This document shows, one piece after another, positions 27,016 to 36,304 of a stretch of DNA of 36,419 nucleotides (position 1 is the stretch's first letter; each line of letters begins with the position of its first letter). The notes beneath the pieces were generated by a model that had not been told where the DNA came from, did no database searches, and saw only the letters and a program-made list of their open reading frames with translations. The stretch covers positions 1 to 36,419 of the forward strand of contig JBELAT010000016.1 of NCBI GenBank assembly GCA_049508565.1. The letters are read 5' to 3'. The stretch comes from Endomicrobiales bacterium. Lineage in GTDB: Bacteria > Elusimicrobiota > Endomicrobiia > Endomicrobiales > CAIRNS01. Made by a program: the position numbers and the translations under genes.

Positions 27016-29189
27016 TTGGCCTCCTTTGAAGCAGTGTTTCTGCCCAGAAGAATGACGCTTGATCGAGCGCTCACACGGTACCTGTGCGAATATTCCAAAA
27101 GTGGTTCCTTGCCTTCAGCAAACATATCGTGGGGCGCTTCGTGTGATGTGTCAACACACAGATGCCACCCGCCCTGCGGTACTATGGAAGGCAACTGGCA
27201 CTCAATCGCGGTGCTGCCTGCATTGAATATCAAGTACAGTACGTTCTGCTCATCTTCATGAATCAGACAGGCACACCGTTTTTCCTTCGAGTCGAACCAG
27301 TTTGGTGAACCCAGTTGAGGGTTGAAGCACTGGATCTCGGCATCGGTATAGAACTGTTCTTTCGACAGAATCGGGTGAGCACTGCGAAAAGCTATCATGC
27401 CGTGGGTGAATCGGAAAATATCTCCGTTTTTCTCTAAACAACTCCAATCATGCCAACTCGTTTCATTGTCCTGACAATAGGCGTTGTTGTTGCCATGTTG
27501 TGTACGACGGAATTCATCTCCACCCAGTAGCATTGGTACCCCGCGCGAAACCAAGAGGGTAACCAGGAAATTCTTGATCTGTCTTTTTCGCATAGATTCG
27601 ACACTGACATCGTCTGTTGCTCCCTCGACCCCGAAATTCTCACTGAAATTATCGTTTGTGCCATCGGTATTGTTTTCCCCGTTTGCTTCATTGTGTTTGT
27701 AGTCATAACTCACCAGATCATTGAGAGTGAAACCATCATGGCACGTGATGAAATTGATACTTTCTCCGGGTCCTTTGCCAGACACGGTATAGATATCGGC
27801 ACTGCCGCAGATGCGGCTGACAAACAAACCGAGCATTCCATCATCGCCGCGCCAGAATCGCCGGACATCGTCTCTGTACCGCCCGTTCCATTCCGTCCAT
27901 CGACGCTGTGAAAAACTGCCTACCTCGTATGCTCCGGCAGCATCCCAGGCCTCGGCAATGATTTTCACGTCTCTCAAGATCGGATCCTCAGCGATTCGTT
28001 CGAGAAGCGGAGCATTGGCTATCAGCTTGCCGTTACCGTCACGTCCGAGAACAGACGCCAAATCAAACCGGAATCCGTCTATATGCATATCGATCATCCA
28101 ATACCGAAGTGCGTTTAGGATATGATCCCTCACTACGGGATGGTTGGCGTTGACAGTGTTGCCGGTTCCCGTATAGTCCTTGTAGTATCGTTTGTTGCTC
28201 TGCAGTGTGTAAAAGATCGCATTATCAATCCCGCGGAAACAGAGAGTGGGACCACATTCGTCCCCTTCCGCGGTATGATTGAACACCACGTCAAGGATCA
28301 CCTCTATTCCAGCATGATGAAAAGCCCGAACCATTTCCTTGAACTCCAGTTTCTGCTGGCCCAGTCCTCCCGAACTACCATACGATGCTTTAGGCGCACA
28401 AAAAACAACAGGATCGTATCCCCAGTAATTGCTGAGCAACTGATTTGTTTGCGGGTTCCTGCGGGTAAATGAATTGCCATTGAACTCCTGAACGGGCATC
28501 AGCTCAACGGCGGTTACGCCCAGGGTTGTAAGATAGGGAATCTTTTCTATCAAGCCTCGGTACGTTCCGGGATGCTCAACACCAGACGTGTGATGGACGG
28601 AAAAACCGCGAACATGCATTTCATAAATAACAGTCTTTGACCAGGGATGTCTGAGAGGCTGATCTCCCCGCCAGTCGTAGTGATCATTAACAACTATGCA
28701 TTTCGGCATCGAACCGGCATTATCGATCTTCGAGATTTCCCCGTCTTGCGTCTCAACCGATGGATCGTATCCGCGCGCCGATTCAAAGTCCCATTGTGGC
28801 AGAAGTGAAATCGCGGTAGCGCAGGGATCAACGAGAAGCCTGTTGAAATTGAAACGGTGTCCTTGGCTGGGTTGGTAAGGACCATCTACGCGGTATGCAT
28901 AGAGCTGCCCGGAACTGATTCCTTTTACCCAGACGTGCCATACGTCGCCGGTACGATTGTGTGCTGAATCAAAATCAACAGTTCGGGAAGGCATTGCATC
29001 TTCGTAGTGATCGAATAATTCCAATCGAACACGGCTGGCAGAACGGCTAAATAATGCAAAGTTAACTCCTCCTAACGATTCTTTGGCTCCCAACGGCAGC
29101 GGAGAACCGCTGCGAACATCAGCGTGCTCGGCAATGTTGGAAATATATTCGTTAACCTCGTCTTGATGCGATTTCATTATCGTTGCCAT
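27012..29189 (-). CDS. glgX: Glycogen debranching enzyme GlgX (isoamylase-type GH13)
   Basis: 725-aa ORF containing GVNFALFS, YEMHVRGF, GIEVILDVVFNHTAEG, GFRFDLASVL, IAEAWD and FITCHDGFTLNDLVSY. Confidence 0.9.
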   Translation of the reverse strand: MATIMKSHQDEVNEYISNIAEHADVRSGSPLPLGAKESLGGVNFALFSRSASRVRLELFDHYEDAMPSRTVDFDSAHNRTGDVWHVWVKGISSGQLYAYRVDGPYQPSQGHRFNFNRLLVDPCATAISLLPQWDFESARGYDPSVETQDGEISKIDNAGSMPKCIVVNDHYDWRGDQPLRHPWSKTVIYEMHVRGFSVHHTSGVEHPGTYRGLIEKIPYLTTLGVTAVELMPVQEFNGNSFTRRNPQTNQLLSNYWGYDPVVFCAPKASYGSSGGLGQQKLEFKEMVRAFHHAGIEVILDVVFNHTAEGDECGPTLCFRGIDNAIFYTLQSNKRYYKDYTGTGNTVNANHPVVRDHILNALRYWMIDMHIDGFRFDLASVLGRDGNGKLIANAPLLERIAEDPILRDVKIIAEAWDAAGAYEVGSFSQRRWTEWNGRYRDDVRRFWRGDDGMLGLFVSRICGSADIYTVSGKGPGESINFITCHDGFTLNDLVSYDYKHNEANGENNTDGTNDNFSENFGVEGATDDVSVESMRKRQIKNFLVTLLVSRGVPMLLGGDEFRRTQHGNNNAYCQDNETSWHDWSCLEKNGDIFRFTHGMIAFRSAHPILSKEQFYTDAEIQCFNPQLGSPNWFDSKEKRCACLIHEDEQNVLYLIFNAGSTAIECQLPSIVPQGGWHLCVDTSHEAPHDMFAEGKEPLLEYSHRYRVSARSSVILLGRNTASKEAK

Positions 29190-31723
29190 AGGACTTGAGC
29201 CTCTTCCAGAGGAACGGCACAGCCGGTGAACAATGGTATCACTCGAGCTGTATAATCCTGCGCAGGCCGGTCTGCTGATACCGTTACATTATAGACGTAA
29301 CCTCTGTCCTCATCTGCCAATTCTTGGCCTCGTTTCATCTCCAGCTTTTCGGGACCACCTCCATTGACGCCATTCGAATACAGTTCAACTCGAACCGCAT
29401 TCGGGTCGATGTCTTTGAGATACACGTGCACCTCAAAATCGTGTTTCTTGTCCCGAGTCACAACCTTCGTTTCGCCGAAGCGAAGCGTTGACCATTTCAT
29501 TTTAACACTATGCTTCCAGTTGACCATGTTCTTACCCACGGTGCCATGTTCAGCAGCGCGTGCCAAATAAGATGATGCGGCCGGAAGATAATGTTTTTCG
29601 GTATATTCACGGACCGTACGGTTTGTGGAAAATTGAGGTGTCAGAATTGCCATGCTCCTGCGTATCCGTCCCACCCACTCAGTCGGGATGCCGTGTTCGT
29701 TGCGGTTGTAAAACTCCGGGATAACTTTCTGTTCCAGCACCGTGTAGAGCTCTTCTGCTTCGATAGTGTCCCACCCGGGATCATCACCATGGTCGTTCCC
29801 ATCCCCTAACGCCCAACCCACTTCGGGGGTATATGCCTCCGCCCACCAGCCGTCCAACTCAGATAAATTTAGTCCGCCATTGACAAGGACTTTCATACCG
29901 CTGGTTCCACTGGCCTCCCATGGCCGGCGCGGCGTGTTTATCCAGACATCCACTCCCTGGACCAACCGCTCCGCTAGTTGCATATCGTAATCACTGAGAA
30001 AGATCACCGGAGACTTCTTCCCGAACCGTTGTATAAAATGTATCCATTGCTCTATTAAGTCTTGTCCTTCCCGATCTGCGGGATGAGCTTTTCCGGCCAT
30101 AATGAGCTGCACAGGATGCTGCGAGTTCGTCAATAAACGGTGAAGCCGTTGGGGATCGTGCAGCAACAGGTTTGGTCTCTTGTATGTCGCAAATCGTCGC
30201 GCAAAACCCAGCGTCAGCGCGTTGAGGTCAAAGAGATGTTTCGCCGATTCAACCTCATCGGTCCGTGCTCCTGAGGAAGCGAGCTGACGAGACAATTGGT
30301 CACGGGCGTATTCAACAAGAGACTTTCTAGAATCAGTGCGAAACTGCCAAAGCCGGGTGTCGGTAACGCGGCGGATATTCTGGTTCATTGTTTCGGCCGT
30401 TCCCAGCCAGCGGTCTTTACCACAGGTCTCGGTCCACAAATCGTCAGATTCCGCCGAGTCCCAGCTCGGCATATGGACTCCATTGGTTACGTGCCCTACG
30501 GGGACTTCATCCACCGGCCAGCGTGGAAAAAGAGATGAAAAGAGATGTCTGCTGACGTCGCCGTGCAGGCGACTCACTCCATTGACAGCGCCGCATCCGC
30601 GAATCGCCAGATAAGCCATATTGAAAGGTTCTGAAACATCCTCGCCATTGTGGCGTCCCAGCGCCAGCAAATTATTCAATGGAATATTCAATTCATTCTG
30701 TGCGTACCGGCCAAGATATCGTTCAACGAGTGACGGCGCGAAACGATCGAAGCCTGCCGCCACCGCTGTATGCGTGGTAAATAGATTTCCTGCCCGTGTG
30801 ACAGTCAGCGCAACGTCAAAAGGTTGTCCGTTTTCCTCCATGAAACTGCGGGCGCGCTCCAGGACAGCGAACGCTGCATGGCCTTCATTGAGGTGACACA
30901 CTTCCGGTTTGATGCCAAGCGCTCTGAGCAGCCGCCAGCCTCCGATACCGAGAAGAAGTTCCTGCTTCAGGCGCAACTCAGGCCCGCCTCCGTAGAGTTC
31001 GCTTGTAATGCCACGATGTACCGGAATGTTCGCCGGGTCATTGCTGTCTAAAAGATATAATTTAACTCTACCGACCTGAACCTGCCAAGCACGTAACCAT
31101 ACCGAGTAACCCGGTAACGTGATCTCCAACCGCAGCCACTCGCCGTTAGCTTGCCGCAAAGGCGTTATAGGCAGCTGTCCGGGGTCATTGAAGGGATACA
31201 ATGCCTCTTGTTTTCCATCCTTATTGATCACCTGACGGAAATAACCCTGTTGATACAAGAGCCCCACTCCAACAACCGGCACGCCCAAATCGCTGTCAGC
31301 TTTGAGCTGATCGCCGGCGACGTTGCCAAGACCGCCCGAATAAATGGGTAAAGCTTCACTCAACATAAATTCCATGCTAAAATAGGCGGCACAGTTCAGG
31401 GGACTCTGCGGATGACTCTTTTGAAACCATGCGGGTGCCTCAAGCACTTGACGCCTGGACTGCACCAGATCCTCAACATGTTTGCGAAAAACAGGATCGC
31501 CCAACACATGCTCAATTTGCTCGCAAGAGACTGTTTGCAGAACGACCCATGGGTTATGCGTCAGTTCCCATAACACAGGATCAAGCTTGTGCCATACATT
31601 GTCCGTAGCATGGTTCCATGACCAACGCATGTTCAAGGCAAGCTCAGAAAAAGAATCGAACCCCTCGATATCTTTAGGTAATGATCTGTAGATCGGCTTA
31701 TCGAAATGTGTTTTTTCACTCAT
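29177..31723 (-). CDS. glgP: Alpha-glucan phosphorylase (GT35, GlgP family with DUF3417-type N-terminal region)
   Basis: ORF 29177..31789, with a likely start at MSEKTHF at 31723 preceded by GGGAGA. Motifs: YFSMEFMLSEALPIYSGGLGNVAGD, NEGHAAF, TNGVH, and EASGTSGMKVLVNGGLNLSELDGWW (pyridoxal-phosphate Lys region). Confidence 0.9.
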   Translation of the reverse strand: MSEKTHFDKPIYRSLPKDIEGFDSFSELALNMRWSWNHATDNVWHKLDPVLWELTHNPWVVLQTVSCEQIEHVLGDPVFRKHVEDLVQSRRQVLEAPAWFQKSHPQSPLNCAAYFSMEFMLSEALPIYSGGLGNVAGDQLKADSDLGVPVVGVGLLYQQGYFRQVINKDGKQEALYPFNDPGQLPITPLRQANGEWLRLEITLPGYSVWLRAWQVQVGRVKLYLLDSNDPANIPVHRGITSELYGGGPELRLKQELLLGIGGWRLLRALGIKPEVCHLNEGHAAFAVLERARSFMEENGQPFDVALTVTRAGNLFTTHTAVAAGFDRFAPSLVERYLGRYAQNELNIPLNNLLALGRHNGEDVSEPFNMAYLAIRGCGAVNGVSRLHGDVSRHLFSSLFPRWPVDEVPVGHVTNGVHMPSWDSAESDDLWTETCGKDRWLGTAETMNQNIRRVTDTRLWQFRTDSRKSLVEYARDQLSRQLASSGARTDEVESAKHLFDLNALTLGFARRFATYKRPNLLLHDPQRLHRLLTNSQHPVQLIMAGKAHPADREGQDLIEQWIHFIQRFGKKSPVIFLSDYDMQLAERLVQGVDVWINTPRRPWEASGTSGMKVLVNGGLNLSELDGWWAEAYTPEVGWALGDGNDHGDDPGWDTIEAEELYTVLEQKVIPEFYNRNEHGIPTEWVGRIRRSMAILTPQFSTNRTVREYTEKHYLPAASSYLARAAEHGTVGKNMVNWKHSVKMKWSTLRFGETKVVTRDKKHDFEVHVYLKDIDPNAVRVELYSNGVNGGGPEKLEMKRGQELADEDRGYVYNVTVSADRPAQDYTARVIPLFTGCAVPLEEAQVLWQR

Positions 31724-31748
31724 AAGTTCTCCCATTTGTGCAATATTC

Positions 31749-32176
31749 TCAAAGCACACGTACGCGTTGGAAAAGCGAGGTTTCCCCACGATCAGATTTC
31801 AAGACAAGTTCATCCTTCTTAAACGATGTAATGGTACTTGCAGTAGTACGGTTCCTCAAATGTTCGTTTGTGGCACCGGTTATCGTAAGCGTGATCTTTG
31901 CACCGTTGATTTTCACGTTCCACGAATGGTTCCCGCCACCCCTTGAGACAAAGTATTAGCAAGGAAACCCATGGGATGTAATCGACAGACGAAAGTGCCA
32001 TCCCGGTTCAGTGACATGGTTTCCAACCCGCCAACTGTGCCTTGCCACGTTCCGACGATTTCCGACGAATATCGCGTCTCCGGGATACTGGGTGAAGATT
32101 TTACACACGAAACTAACAAAAACATCAGAATGACTCCTGTAATTGTTTGCCTAAAGGGCAACAGTCCATGACTCAT
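31749..32176 (-). pseudogene. Small lipoprotein of unknown function, split by a frameshift
   Basis: Part 1 is the track ORF 31913..32194: MSHGLLPFRQTITGVILMFLLVSC (lipobox) ...IVGTWQGTVGGLETMSLNRDGTF...AGTIRGT, then a stop. The other frame, open from 31955, continues WNVKINGAKITLTITGATNEHLRNRTTASTITSFKKDELVLKSDRGETSLFQRVRVL (stop 31749-31751). The two halves repeat the same GTW...L.L...G pattern. The Met at 32176 forms TAATG with the pgm stop. Confidence 0.55.
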
Positions 32177-33870
32177 TAGATCACTCTTTGCCATGATTTC
32201 CTCTTTGAGATATTTTGGGTAGGAATCGCTTTTGAAAGAGCGTCGTCAACAATGATTTGGGCTTCCTCTAGAATGAGACTCAGATGATCCCTACCCCTGA
32301 AACTCTCCGCATATATCTTATATATATTTTCTGTCCCCGACGGTCGGGCAGCGAACCATCCGCTTTCCGTTGTTACTTTCACCCCACCGATGGGCGCCCC
32401 ATTGCCCGGTGCGTGACTGAGAACAGTCTGGATTTTTTCTCCGGCGAGCTCTTTGATTGTTACTTGTCGGGATGAAAGTTTCGCTAAAATCTCCTTTTGT
32501 TCCGGTGTTGCCGTCGCCTCCACGCGGTCATACACCGGTTCACCAAACTCATGCGTTAGTGTGCGATAGATTTCGCCGGGATCGCGATCCATTTTCGCTG
32601 TTATCTCCGCTGCAAGCAATGCCGGAACAATCCCATCTTTGTCCGTTGTCCACACTCCCCCGTCCATGCGAATAAAAGATGCGCCCGCGCTCTCTTCCCC
32701 GCCAAACCCGAGCGAGCTGGCGAGCAGGCCATCCACAAACCATTTGAACCCAACTGGTACTTCGCACAGTTTGCGGTTAAGTTTTGCGGTGACAAAATCT
32801 ATCATCCGGCTACTCACCACGGTTTTACCAACGGCCGCTTCCTTGGACCATTGGGGCCTGTGTTGAAATAGATAAAAGATTGCAACTGAAAGATAATGGT
32901 TGGGCTCAAGGAGTCCCGTACTTCTAGTGACAATACCGTGCCGGTCATGATCAGTATCGCACGCAAATGCAATATCGAAGCTGTCTTTTAACCCGATCAA
33001 CTTTTGCATGGCATAAGGTGAGGATGGGTCCATACGAATCTGTCCGTCCCAATCTACCGTCATGAAACGGAACGTTGGATCTACTGCCTCGTTGACAACC
33101 ATAAGGTTCAACCCATAGCGTTGATTGATCGACCTCCAGTAGTGAACACCGGCACCGCCAAGAGGATCAACCCCCATACTGATCTTGGCGCCGCGAATAA
33201 TATCCATGTCGATCACATTTCCGAGATCGCGCACGTATGCATCGATGAAGTTATGCCGGTGAGTAGTGCCGGCATTAATGGCTTTTTCAAACGAAATCCT
33301 TCGCACATCCTTAAGGTCCCTTTCAAGAAATTCATTTGCTTTCGTCTCAATCCAATCCGTCACGGTGGTTTCGGCAGGCCCGCCATGAGGAGGATTGTAC
33401 TTGAATCCCCCGTCATGAGGGGGATTATGCGAAGGTGTGATAACGATGCCATCGGCGAGACCTGTCGTTCGTCCGCGGTTGTAGGTAATAATTGCATGAG
33501 ATATTACAGGAGTTGGCGTATATTCATCCCTATCAGCAACCATAACTTCCACGTTATTGGCCGCCAGAACTTCCAAAGCATTTTCAAAGGCAGGCATGGA
33601 AAGAGCGTGTGTGTCCATTCCCAGAAACAGAGGGCCATCAATTTTCCACTGTTTACGAAGGAGACAAATTGCCTGACTGATGGCGAGTATGTGTCTTTCA
33701 TTAAATGATTTGTCAAAGGATGAACCGCGATGTCCTGAGGTGCCAAATGTGACCCGCTGGGCCGGAACCGATGGATCAGGTATCTCGGTATAATAGGCCG
33801 TAATTAGTTTTGGTATATTGACCAGCATCGCTGGTTCGGCCGGTTTTCCTGCAAAGGGACTAATTTTCAT
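32176..33870 (-). CDS. pgm: Phosphoglucomutase (alpha-D-glucose-phosphate specific)
   Basis: 564-aa ORF. Its N-terminus MKISPFAGKPAEPAMLVNIPKLITAYY parallels enterobacterial Pgm. It has the active-site loop TPSHNPPHDGGFKYN, the metal loop FACDTDHDRHG and GGEESAG. Confidence 0.9.
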   Translation of the reverse strand: MKISPFAGKPAEPAMLVNIPKLITAYYTEIPDPSVPAQRVTFGTSGHRGSSFDKSFNERHILAISQAICLLRKQWKIDGPLFLGMDTHALSMPAFENALEVLAANNVEVMVADRDEYTPTPVISHAIITYNRGRTTGLADGIVITPSHNPPHDGGFKYNPPHGGPAETTVTDWIETKANEFLERDLKDVRRISFEKAINAGTTHRHNFIDAYVRDLGNVIDMDIIRGAKISMGVDPLGGAGVHYWRSINQRYGLNLMVVNEAVDPTFRFMTVDWDGQIRMDPSSPYAMQKLIGLKDSFDIAFACDTDHDRHGIVTRSTGLLEPNHYLSVAIFYLFQHRPQWSKEAAVGKTVVSSRMIDFVTAKLNRKLCEVPVGFKWFVDGLLASSLGFGGEESAGASFIRMDGGVWTTDKDGIVPALLAAEITAKMDRDPGEIYRTLTHEFGEPVYDRVEATATPEQKEILAKLSSRQVTIKELAGEKIQTVLSHAPGNGAPIGGVKVTTESGWFAARPSGTENIYKIYAESFRGRDHLSLILEEAQIIVDDALSKAIPTQNISKRKSWQRVI

Positions 33871-34053
33871 TTCACTTTCCTAAAAGCATCTACTATAGGC
33901 AACAATCTCAAAAGCAAAATTGCGCACATAGGCAGCGATGAAATTACATCGGTGAACAATGTCGGCATGAAGAGCATTCTTACAAGAGATCCTTTTTATG
34001 TAAAGGAAGTCTCTTAAAGAAATTCATTTAACGGTTAGGTTCAATCCAACCTA

Positions 34054-34503
34054 TTATACCGATGTTCTTCTCAACAAAACATCGATACCCATGCTCATAA
34101 AAATAGGGCCACCAATTATTTGCCAATGCTTACGATAATGACTAATACCAAATATCAGCAAAAATATAATCACTATCCACAGGATTCCATTGACAATCGC
34201 TTTATTTGAATTGGCCATAACACTTTCTTGTACGGTTAGTGGTTTGCGAGAGTTCCTCGGGCTGACCGCTGCAAGTAACAGAGCAATCAAAATCCCCATT
34301 AGCATAATGGGTAACCAGCTTGTCCCCCGCCATAAAGGCCCAAAAGGCACGAGCCAAATACCGCCAGCCCACGCAAAAATTGAAACCACGAGAAAAAACC
34401 ACAGAAAGCTGTTCCAGGGACCCCGTGTGCCAAACACAAAGGAAACTATCCAAACAATAAAAAAACCACAAGCCAGAGCAGTAATTACATCAGCTATAAA
34501 CAT
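34054..34503 (-). CDS. Four-TM membrane protein of unknown function
   Basis: 149-aa ORF with four clear hydrophobic helices and Trp-rich loops (PWNSFLWFF, GGIWLVPFGPLWRGTSWLP). Its start overlaps the tal 3' end by 14 nt. I recognise no family motif. Confidence 0.5.
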   Translation of the reverse strand: MFIADVITALACGFFIVWIVSFVFGTRGPWNSFLWFFLVVSIFAWAGGIWLVPFGPLWRGTSWLPIMLMGILIALLLAAVSPRNSRKPLTVQESVMANSNKAIVNGILWIVIIFLLIFGISHYRKHWQIIGGPIFMSMGIDVLLRRTSV

Positions 34504-35635
34504 GGATTTCCGCTTTTTTTCCTGCTGACTTTTTTGTCAAGGCTTCCATCAGCTTGTCAAATGGCTCGTTGAATTTCTTGACTCCTTCGTCTTCAAGCTG
34601 TTGAGTGACCTTATCGATACTGATCCCGAGCTCGGGCAATTGTGCCATTATCCAGCCGACCTCATTTAAGTTTTGATCAAGGCTTGGTTTTGGATTGCCG
34701 TGATCGCGGTACGCGTTAATGGTTTCAAGCGGGACCGTGTTGACCGTGTGCGGGCCGATCAACGATTCAATATATTTTACGTCACTATAGTTCGGATTCT
34801 TGGTACTGGTGCTTGCCCAGAGCAGCCGCTGCGAGCGGGCCCCCTTGTCAGAGAGTTCCTTAAACCTGTTGCCGCCAAAAACATCCTTATAAATCTGATA
34901 AGCCGCCTTGGCGCTTGCGATGGCCAACCGCCCGTGCACCTTCTTAGCGATTTCCGTCTTTTCACTGGCGGGTTCTATGAATTTCTCCACCAGCGGGTCC
35001 ACCAGCGTGTCAATGCGGCTTAAAAAAAAGCTGGCCACTGATGTTATGTGTTTTACCGGCTTGCCTTGTGCTGAGCGCGCTTCAAGACCCGCGATATAAG
35101 CTTCAGCAACCTGCCGGTAACGAGGCAACCCAAAGAGCAGCGTCACATTGACGTTGATCCCGTCGCTGATGAGTTGCTGTATAGCAGGCAAACCCTCTGC
35201 CGTCGCCGGGACTTTGATGAAAACGTTGGGCCTGTTGAGCGCTGCCCATAACCGATGGGCTTCCTCAATGGTACCTTTGGTATCATGCGCCAGATGAGGG
35301 TTGACTTCCAGGCTGACATACCCGTCTTCGCCGTCAGTCTTTTCATATACAGACCTGAACTCATCAGCCGCGTTCTGTACATCACGCTGGCTGAGAGCTT
35401 CGTAAATCTTCTTGACATCGTTTTTCTTAAAGAACATGTCGTGAATATCGTCGTCATACAGATTGCTCTCTGCTATCGCTTTCTCAAAGATTGATGGGTT
35501 CGAGGTTATTCCGCGCAATCCATCTTCTTCAATCAAACGCCGGAGCCCGCCGCTTGAGATCAAGTCACGACGGATGTAGTCGAGCCATATCGATTGTCCA
35601 TACGCTTCTAGTTGTTTTAAGGGATTTTTTTTCAT
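34490..35635 (-). CDS. tal: Transaldolase (long, ~380-aa type)
   Basis: 381-aa ORF containing GQSIWLDYIRRDL, GITSNPSIFEKA, VSLEVNP, FIKVPAT (Schiff-base Lys) and NVTLLF. Confidence 0.9.
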   Translation of the reverse strand: MKKNPLKQLEAYGQSIWLDYIRRDLISSGGLRRLIEEDGLRGITSNPSIFEKAIAESNLYDDDIHDMFFKKNDVKKIYEALSQRDVQNAADEFRSVYEKTDGEDGYVSLEVNPHLAHDTKGTIEEAHRLWAALNRPNVFIKVPATAEGLPAIQQLISDGINVNVTLLFGLPRYRQVAEAYIAGLEARSAQGKPVKHITSVASFFLSRIDTLVDPLVEKFIEPASEKTEIAKKVHGRLAIASAKAAYQIYKDVFGGNRFKELSDKGARSQRLLWASTSTKNPNYSDVKYIESLIGPHTVNTVPLETINAYRDHGNPKPSLDQNLNEVGWIMAQLPELGISIDKVTQQLEDEGVKKFNEPFDKLMEALTKKSAGKKAEIHVYS

Positions 35636-36090
35636 TATTTTGCTCCTTCATATTCCAGTGCCGCAACTTTTTCCAGACGGCGCTTGAACCGTTCGGTGCC
35701 GTTAAACTTTGCCTGAAGAAAAGTTTTGACTAATTCCCGGGCAAGCTCATATCCGATCACCCGGCCGCCAAGGCAGATCATATTCATATTATCGTCTTCT
35801 ACTCCCTGGTGCGCTGAAAAAGTCTCATGGATCAAGCACGCACGAACACCCGCTACCTTATTGGCAGCAACACACGCTCCAACACCGCTTCCGCAGATGG
35901 CTAAACCACGAGTGATCTCACCCTTCGCCACCGCTCTGGCCAGAGGCGCTACAAAATCCGGATAGTCATCTCCCCTGACCAATTTTTTGGCGCCAAAGTC
36001 CACCACCGTATACCCTTCAGATTTCAGGGCTGCAATTAGTTTCACTTTCAACTCAAAACCACCATGATCCGCCGCGATGCCAATTCGCAT
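35635..36090 (-). CDS. rpiB: Ribose-5-phosphate isomerase B
   Basis: 151-aa ORF starting MRIGIAADHGGFELK. It has DYPDF, GLAICGSGVGACVAANK (catalytic Cys) and HEGRH-like C-terminal segments. AAAGGAG lies upstream, and its stop overlaps the tal start as TAATG. Confidence 0.9.
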   Translation of the reverse strand: MRIGIAADHGGFELKVKLIAALKSEGYTVVDFGAKKLVRGDDYPDFVAPLARAVAKGEITRGLAICGSGVGACVAANKVAGVRACLIHETFSAHQGVEDDNMNMICLGGRVIGYELARELVKTFLQAKFNGTERFKRRLEKVAALEYEGAK

Positions 36091-36304
36091 TTTTGCTCCT
36101 TTACTATCAGTGTTCTTATGTTTTGCGTTGTTTCAACTAGGTTGACTCTTCAATTTCAGCCAAAATGCCTACGGTTTAAAAAGATATGGGACGCTCGCAA
36201 GCAGGAAGCCCGGACACACTATATGGCGCTCAAAGGGACCAGATACATTTTTTTGGGTCTTCAGGGTTTTGTGTGGGTAAGAAAACACATAACACACGGC
36301 GAAT

